A stretch of 61,770 nucleotides of DNA, filler included, from Bipalium vagum (Eukaryota): assembly GCA_037834085.1 (NCBI GenBank). It is 3 parts of 3 records of this genome, joined end to end, with 100 filler letters (N's around TTAATTAATTAA, not from the genome) between each part and the next. Parts side by side here need not be neighbours in the genome. Positions count along the whole stretch, not along the records: positions 39,461 to 61,770 come from JBBMKC010223676.1; 2 more parts are not named here. One strand, written 5' to 3'. Below, piece after piece: positions 53,900 to 61,770 of the stretch. Numbering within the stretch: position 1 is the first letter of the stretch; each line of letters opens with the position of its first letter. The position numbers were made by a program, and so were the translations under genes. The notes under the pieces were generated by a model, which had not been told where the DNA came from, did no database searches, and was given only the letters and a program-made list of their open reading frames with translations.

Positions 53900-54460
53900 A
53901 TAAAGTACCATTTACAGTATATTGTGATTTTGAAGCTTATAATATATCTGCTGAAAGTAAATATATTAAAAAGAACAAGAGAAAATTAAAAAAGATATTC
54001 CGATACCTAATGAAAAATTATCTAAACAAGAAATCATGTGTTTTGGTATTTATATTAAATCGAATTATGAAGAAATATTTTAATAAAGAAATATTCAATT
54101 CTTTGGTGAAGATGCAGCATTAAAATTTGTTGAATATGTTGAAGATTCAAATTTTAAATTTGAGGAATTATTAAAAATAAATATAGGAATGAATTTAACT
54201 GAAGAAGATGAAGTTAATTATAATAAATCTAAAACATGTTATTATTGTGAAAATTGTTTTTTAATGATAGGTTGATGATTTTAAAATCGAGTGTTTTCAA
54301 CGTAAATGGTGCAGCTAATTCGTGCTGCAGTTTATACGACTAAAAAATACATTTTTATAAAATGTCATCTGCAGCTAATACGCGCTGCAGCTTTTACTCG
54401 GGATTTTACAGTATTTTTACAATGGATCTAAATAGGATATAAATTTAAAATTTAAAGAAA
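53900..54460 (+). pseudogene. Second Polinton pPolB exonuclease fragment, interrupted by a MITE-like piece (about 54270-54413)
   Basis: ExoI KVPFTVYCDFEA, MNLTEEDEVNYNKSKTCYYCE, then after the insert FYNGSK*D; the insert carries repeated TGCAGCTAAT..GCTGCAG and ends CGGGATTTTACAGTA. Confidence 0.7.
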
Positions 54461-55514
54461 TATTTAAATCAGAATATTTGAAAAATAAAAAGATAAATAT
54501 TTTATCAAAAACTGATGAAGAATAGAATTACCTTCAATTTGATATATTGTTTGTTAAAATCGATCAAAGGGTTATCTTCTAATTAACTTTTAAAATATTA
54601 ATTACAAATATTTAATTTTTAATGTTTATTTATATCTAATTATGTTATTTAAGTAGAATAAATTTTTTAATGTTGTATTATAAAGAAAGTATTCAGCTCT
54701 AATATACATTTAATTAAATCGGACATATGGTTCTCTTTTAATAAATGGTTAAACATAAGATTTAAATTTAAATGATTAATAAATTAATTAATCATAATTA
54801 AAACGATTTTAAAATATTTTTTCAGTATTTTAAAACAGTTATAATCACCAATATCATAATAATAGTCGAAATTCTTTTGATTCTTCGGAAATGGTGAGGG
54901 ACAAAGAGTTCCTACTTATTTGAACTAAAAGTTGTTATGAAGAAAATGTCTGAGTTTTAACAAAAAGTGTTTGGTATTTATACCTTCTCTGAAATTATTA
55001 ATTTATTGATTTAAACAAAAAATTCTTCTAGAACTTCCATTTTCATGAAGGAATTTATTTTTGTTTTCATAGTTCTTGAAATTTTGTTTTATTAATTTCT
55101 GTTTTTTTAAAGAGATTATCTTTCGAATTTTTTCGATTTTCCTTTTTTGGTTTAAGGTTTTAATTAATCATAATATAAAAATTTCTAACAATACAAAATT
55201 TTTCTAAGATTTAGACTGATATACATGAAAAACGTTATAACAACATCCAGGACAAACAACATGATGAAGCCAAGGTTTAGAGACTTATTTATAAAGAGAA
55301 CTTTCAGGATATATATTAATTACTATTGAACTTTTAGATTATTATTTAAAATTTTTCAGAAATCTTTAAATATTATTCTTCTTGTAGGTTCTACAGTTTT
55401 TATTATCTTTGTTTATATATTGAATTATACCTGTTTAAAGCTAATGGTTTCTTCAAATATACCTATGATTTTGAGTCGTCTCAGTAAAATATGCAATATA
55501 TTAAACATAAATCA

Positions 55515-55810
55515 TATTAGGATGTCCCAAAAGTTCGTGGTCACTACAATATGAAATCAAAACAAAATATAATTCGTTGTGTTTAATTGTTTTTAACCTG
55601 CTACCAGTTATCTCTTTTTATAGCATTCATATACCACTCTTTGGGCTTTGATACATAAAAAATCAGTGATACCAGTTCTCACTTCATCCAAATTCTGAAA
55701 ACTTTTCTCTTGCAGGTAATGAGTCGTAGAACGATAGGGGTAATAATCCGACGGTGCAAGGTCCGGATTATTTGCAGGATGTGGTTTTACCTCAATGCCT
55801 TCTAGTTTTT
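55515..55810 (-). mobile_element. Mariner 3' fragment with TIR
   Basis: IEVKPHPANNPDLAPSDYYPYRSTTHYL...SKPKEWY; TIR TATTAGGATGTCCCAAAAGTTCG. Confidence 0.85.
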
Positions 55811-57479
55811 CTTTTTATTTTTAGTTTGATATATATATAAATATAATATATATATAATTATTTTTCTTATACATGTATATAATAAACAAAAAATAAATAA
55901 AGTGCAAATTAGTTCAAATGATTTGTGCAATCATTATCAAAATTTTGAATTAATAATAATAATAATAAGACTAAATGTCGAATGAAGAGCTTCTTTTTGA
56001 GTTATAAAATGGAATTCCACTTTCCGTCTTTCCGTATTTCTCACAAGGCTATCATCATTTCTCTCAAGCGATTTTCATATATTTTCTTCCTGTAGGAAAA
56101 TATCCTAGAAAATGAATAGTAAAACCTAAATATTGATATTGTAAAAACAAAAGTAAATATTAATACATAATTTCACTGCATTTGTTAAATGTAAAAACCA
56201 ACTGATTTTTTATAGAACCCACCCGCACAAAGTTTACACAAAATTACAATAACGAAGAATGTGGTGTGAAACATTTTTAGTTAAGTATCTGCGATGATGA
56301 ATAGCAAAGAGGCGTCACGTTCAATTAGTCGTTGGATCTCTTGATTCTGACGACCGGCTGTGAAACATATCTAGCCTTCCAGTCTCCTGAGCCACTTACA
56401 AGCCGCCAGGGTGGTGACCATGGCGCTAAAATTGTGCCCTCATTAAAAGTATTATTAAAACTGGCACAGATTTAATAAATCAATCTACATACCATTCTCT
56501 ACAATATCCAAGTGCGCACAAATTGGTGCTGGGTAAATAGTAATTTATTATCAATTCTTCACGTTCAACGTTGCTTGGTTTACATGTTTGTCAATTTAAT
56601 TGCTCAGATTAACGACGAGAATTTTAATGGGTTTTAATTAGCCTCCACTTTTTCCCAGTATTTTTGTATCATTGGCGCTAACATAAGTGATATTATTCAA
56701 TTAACCTTGTCGATGTTTGGATTACAGTAGATACATTGCAATTAATATCATGTCCCTCAATGTAACCCGCTTTTATTTGGAATTATTAACTTCAATGATT
56801 AATATGTTTCAACGTTTCCAATTTTTTCTATAATGATGATAATAATATTAATGATAATAGCAGCAGTAGTAATAATAGTAATATTACAAATCATTATTAT
56901 TATTATCATTATTATTTTTATTTCACAATTATTTACCTTGTATTATATTATATATTTTTAATATGAGAACCATTCTTTAAAATTTTTTTGTAAAATTTTT
57001 TATATTTGAAGGTTTTTCAACTTTCTTGCTCTTATGAATGGTTTATTAAATAAATAGAATATGATTTACAGATTGTAGGGTAACCATTAATATATAACAG
57101 GTTGAGCTAGATAACTTCTGTGAGTTAAAGATCCTTTTCAAGGCCATTGTTTATATTATCATTATTTATTATTGTCAATTATTATATATATCAATTATAA
57201 CTTCAGTCGAACCCAAAGAATAATTTGGCAGAGCTTCATTTTATCATATTTGGAAATCTCTTTAAAGAATATCTAAAATCAATATTTGTTACTTCAGATT
57301 TTGCAGGTCTGCATTTAAATCTTGTAGAGGTGAACAACGTTTTCTATATGCTGGGTGTTTCATAAATATGTATACGAACTTAAAGCAAAAATTATTAAAC
57401 TTATTTTCAAACGAAATTATAAATCCAAGCGTTTAAACTTTTTTTCATTTTTATTTTTCCAATGATTTATTTATAAGAA

Positions 57480-58303
57480 ACCCACTTTTCATCTCCTGTA
57501 ATAATGCGCCTTCAAAATTGGTTGTCTTAGGGATTCTGGATTAATTCGCGGCAAAGATCAACTCGACGCTTGGCTTGATTATCTGTCAATTCGTGGAAAA
57601 CTTGGAGTGGACTTTTATTTTAGAAACCCACGAACGATAGTGCTTGGAAAATGCTTGAGCTCCTCTGACAGCCTTCAGGTGCTTGAACTGCGCTGCTGCT
57701 CTACTAGGTACGAAACTCTCCCCTGTTCACCACCGATTGTCCACCTGAACGTTCCTGATCCTCAAGACCGGTATCTTCCTGATTAAAGCGACGAAACATC
57801 ACTGAGCCGTATTTTCCTTGCCTTCCATGTCGTAAATTTCTCGAGTCGCAACTGCAGCTATTAGACCTTCTTTCCAATAATGACGTAATTACAGCTTTTT
57901 CTTCAATCATTCTAACTGTAAATTAAGTGAATGGAATTTTATAAATTTAACTTTTAAAATGTAATTACATTCTCTATTTCAAGGGCTTTTAAATGATACC
58001 AATGTTTTCATATATTATTACTAAATGACATCATAAAACAAGAAATATAAATAACTAAAAACATGAATAACTTCTGATTCAATTTTATAATTTTTCGAGT
58101 TTCTGGTTTTGAAAGCATTTCTAAAATTGTTAACATTTAATTTAATTAGTGCATTTAAACAATTTTCTATTTTAGTCAGTTATTCAGAAATTTAGCTTTA
58201 AATTGATATATAATAATATAAAATTGATTCTAAAATGACTGAAACAGAAACAATTTAAACTAATAAGTTTGAAATCGACCCTTATTTTTGCACCGACCTA
58301 ATA
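57480..58303 (-). mobile_element. Mariner 5' fragment with TIR
   Basis: FRRFNQEDTGLEDQERSGG; TIR (reverse complement) TATTAGGTCGGTGCAAAAATAAGGGTCG ending at 58303. Confidence 0.7.
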
Positions 58304-59049
58304 ATTTATTAAAATTTTGATTTGTTATCAAAAATTTCATATTATCATGATTTAAATTATTGCATTAAAATTTCCAAAGGTATTCCTAAATTCATTGTCC
58401 AGTTTTTATGATTTTTTATTTTTATACATTATTCTCAGTTTTCTTCCTATTGTTCATTTTCAGTACCAATCGTTAGTTATGTTGTTCTTTTTTTAGTTAT
58501 ATATTTTTTAATTATTTTCGTCTGAAAATCATCTGTTTGTATCCTGTCATTCTCACATAATTGATTTATGTAGCTGGGATCAAGTTCTTTATTTTCCATA
58601 ATTACATTAACTTGATCATACCATTTCATTTCAAAATTGATTATTTAAAAAAATCTATGAACTTTCGCTGTCTTTTTACTTTCCCCATCGTCTGCCTTCG
58701 AAAATAGTAGTTTCGAATTTCTATATATTGGTCCATGATAGTGGAATCTGGTCTTCTGAGTGTCCTGAAACATTTTTATATGCATCTGTTATAACTTTAC
58801 CTTTCAATATTGTATTGGTATCTTTAGTAATTACATAAAATATCTTTTTGTAAAATTTTCTGTTGTTTCCTGATCTGAGGTTCTTTTTTTAAGTTTTTAT
58901 AATATTTTGACGTTTAGTGAAAGTTATTTATTTATTACGGCTTATTTAAACATCATAAAATTGTTTATTTTCTTCAATTTGACTGGGTTTGGATATCTTC
59001 ACATCCTTGATTGTATGACTCTGTTTTTAATTTTGTAATGTTTCCCTCC

Positions 59050-59520
59050 TTCACAAACTCATCAGGATCAGACTAACACGAAGACAGCATAAGTGAGGAC
59101 AGTATGGTATTCTGCTAATGGAAATCAACCACATGAGATCATCAGCAGAAGAGTAGCTTTGAGCCTTAACTGGAATTAAACCCAGTTTCCTGGTCAAATT
59201 TTGGACAGTCCAGGCTAACATGAAGATACCACCAGACATATCCAGTAATCAATGATCCTGATGATATTCAGCCACATGGTACCTCTTTAGGAGGTTAAAA
59301 GACTCCCCTTTAACATGTCTCACATTATTCATTTATCTTAATATTTATACATTGAACAATTTTTTGGTATGTGACCTGATTTTCCACACGTAAAATACGC
59401 GGAGATTTTTCTTTTCTAACAATCATTGCTGCTGTGCCCATAACCTTTACATGTCTAACCTTCCAGAATTTTTTGTTGAACAATCCTTATATGTAACCAG
59501 TTCTTTTAGACACAAGCAAT
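59050..59520 (-). mobile_element. LTR-retrotransposon (gypsy-like) gag/protease remnant
   Basis: Two degenerate CCHC knuckles, TCKGYGHSSNDC and FTCGKSGHIPKNC, followed by a frameshifted IID/TG aspartic-protease-like motif. Confidence 0.55.
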
Positions 59521-59999
59521 AATTTATAATATTTGGTTGCTCTGTCACAGGTATTAATCTAAATTTAAGTAAATTTAATTGGGTATTAATCAAATTTTAT
59601 GAAAATTAAAAATATAAATTGAAATATTAATTATTAAACATTAGTTTGGCCCAAATACTAAAATTCCACAAAGAATGTCAATGATAACAAAGCTGAATTC
59701 AAAAGGTTATAATAATGTGATAAATAGGACAATAATTATGATATAATGTATGACTTAACTAATTAATATTAATAATAATATATTTATTTCAACTAAAATT
59801 ATTTTTGTAATTTCCCTCTTACATAATTTTAAAATAAATTAAATGTGATTCAACAATTTTATTATTAATTATAAATATAATTTATTCTATTAATATGATT
59901 CATATTATATCTATAATATAGTTTTAATAATATAATTTTATTAATTTTAATTAATAATTTGTGATATCTTTAGAAAAGTAGTTGAGTAATTTATTTTTA

Positions 60000-60208
60000 T
60001 ATATAAATCTTCAAGACTTCTGTTGCCATCTTTAAATTTTCCAAACCATTTTCTGCATTGACTAACAGAGAGTCATACAACATACAACAAGCAGTGCCTG
60101 ATGTGAGTATTTGTAATACTTTTTGCCATTATGGTTTCAATAAGAAATATAAAATTATTATTTAAATGTGATGTATAAATGGTATTATTCAGACAAACCT
60201 AACATACA
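60000..60208 (-). mobile_element. Mariner 5' fragment abutting the piggyBac remnant
   Basis: TIR-like TGTTAGGTTTGTCTGAATAA; THIRHCLLY and QCRKWFGKFKDGNRSLED. Confidence 0.7.
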
Positions 60209-60211
60209 TTT

Positions 60212-61253
60212 TTAACAAAGAATTTCAAATAAATTTAAATTGATTTTATTAACCTTCAGACGGAAAATGTTTTGTTTCGGCTTACTGTTCCAACTAATGT
60301 CATTTTCCAAGAATTTAAAAATGTTAAAAGCTGAAACGATGTAAAAAAATAATCGGTAATGACATTTCTGCCAGAATTTTTGTAATGATTTGACTAATTG
60401 CAATGTGATACGTTGGCCAATGTTTGCTTGTCTTCGACCATTGGTCGGTATGTAGTGAGTAAATCTAGTCTTTCAACGAGTACTTTCATTATAAAATCTT
60501 ATAAATCTGAGAAACATTTTAAATTTGTCACGTGGCATTGCTGCACGAACAATGGGAAGGGCATATATTGCTCACATGTCATCTATATTTTTGTGGTTGT
60601 CTCTATGTAATCCAGCTGTAATAAATACACCAAGGAAAGAATCAAGCTCTTGTTCGGTAAATTTTTTGAAAACTTTAGGCGATGGCCTTCTAGATGCATC
60701 AGGATATTTAGAAAATAAAAATTATTGTTTTCATAAACGTTTTTAGCTTTTCTATTTGTTTCATGTTATAAAATATTAAAGATTTCAAAACTCATAATTG
60801 ACTTAAAAGTTTCTTTCGGTGTATATAAACGAAAAGCATTATTTAGAACCAATAATTGCTCACGGAGGATATTTCGTGCAATCGTTTGTGCTTTAGGCAT
60901 GGAATTTTAGACTATATATTTCCATCTTTACTTACATACAGTTGATTTAGAATCAGACTCCAAAGATTAATTTGAATCATATTCTTCGTTTTTTTCAACA
61001 TTTGCTTCTTCTTCCGCATTTGATTTTTCATTATTTGAACATGGGCATTCATCATCTGATGAAGCATAAGTATCTTCTACGTTAGATCTCATTTCTGTTA
61101 ATGATAGCTATAAAAATTATAATTTAAATTAAATATACAAACAATATATATTTATTATTGATTATTGATTGAAATAATTATTGAAATATATTGTAATATA
61201 TAAGTACAAATGTACCTATCCAGCTTGCTGCATAAGTTTATTTCTTCAGCCAT
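60212..61253 (-). mobile_element. Decayed piggyBac-type transposase
   Basis: Acidic N-terminus, SKDGK...QTIARNILREQ, FTEQELDSFLGVFITAG...LPIVRAAMPRDKFKMFLRFIRF. Confidence 0.75.
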
Positions 61254-61770
61254 CTGAGGGGAAAATAAAAGCTTTGCAATATAAAGGCTCACCATTAAAT
61301 CGAAAAATTTTCTAATTTTTAAATAAAAATCTTTAATTTATAATTTTTATTTCCATACTATTTTTTTCTATAACAAAATTATTTGAATTTATAAAATTAT
61401 ATATATATACATATATATAAATTATTTATATATATGTATATAAAAATATTTTCATTTTTTAAAAAAATATCATTTAAGGATTAAAAAAACTGATTAATCA
61501 ATAATTACAATTTCCAAAAATATTTTGAATAATATTTTCAAATGTATTAAATAATATTTTATATAATAATATTCATTCGGGAAATAAAATGATTTTAGAA
61601 AGTCTCTTTTTATCCGATAATATAAAAATAAATGATAAAAAATTATTTAAAATTAAAATTGAAAAATTACATTTGGACTAAAATATAATAAAGCATTAAA
61701 ACATTTTTTCATTGTATTATTATTATTAATATTATTATTAATATTATTAATATTATTAATATTATTAACA

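Noticed and set aside
1-61770. Most short ORFs in the supplied track, plus CRISPR arrays, tRNA and rRNA genes
   Set aside because: The ORFs are AT-rich noise, antisense shadows of exons or transposons, or run through N gaps; no repeat-spacer array or RNA gene was recognisable

Overview
Very AT-rich, intron-containing animal genomic DNA (invertebrate-like; taxon not identifiable from the sequence). Two 100-nt spacers (N44-TTAATTAATTAA-N44, at 17441-17540 and 39361-39460) look like artificial joins, so the window probably holds three unrelated pieces. Host genes: a complete 16-exon SLC12A9-like cation-chloride cotransporter (1335-10463, +, about 1025 aa), and one clear exon of a Kidins220-like KAP NTPase gene (30388-30747, -). 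The SLC12A9-like gene has a U12-type (minor spliceosome) intron, a 24-nt microexon and a probable GC-AG intron. The rest is mostly decayed transposons: many IS630-Tc1-mariner elements (mariner, Tc1/Tc3, maT, rosa-like), a piggyBac remnant, a gypsy-like gag/protease remnant and Polinton/Maverick pPolB fragments. The most notable structure is a ~6.6 kb restriction-like-endonuclease (RLE) non-LTR retrotransposon with zinc finger, Ulp1/SUMO-protease, RT, CCHC and RLE domains (NeSL/Utopia-like). It splits a Polinton polymerase gene and is flanked by a 71-bp direct duplication. There is also a pair of diverged, unidentified coding remnants that share a stem-loop. All calls come from manual translation and motif recognition; no searches were run.
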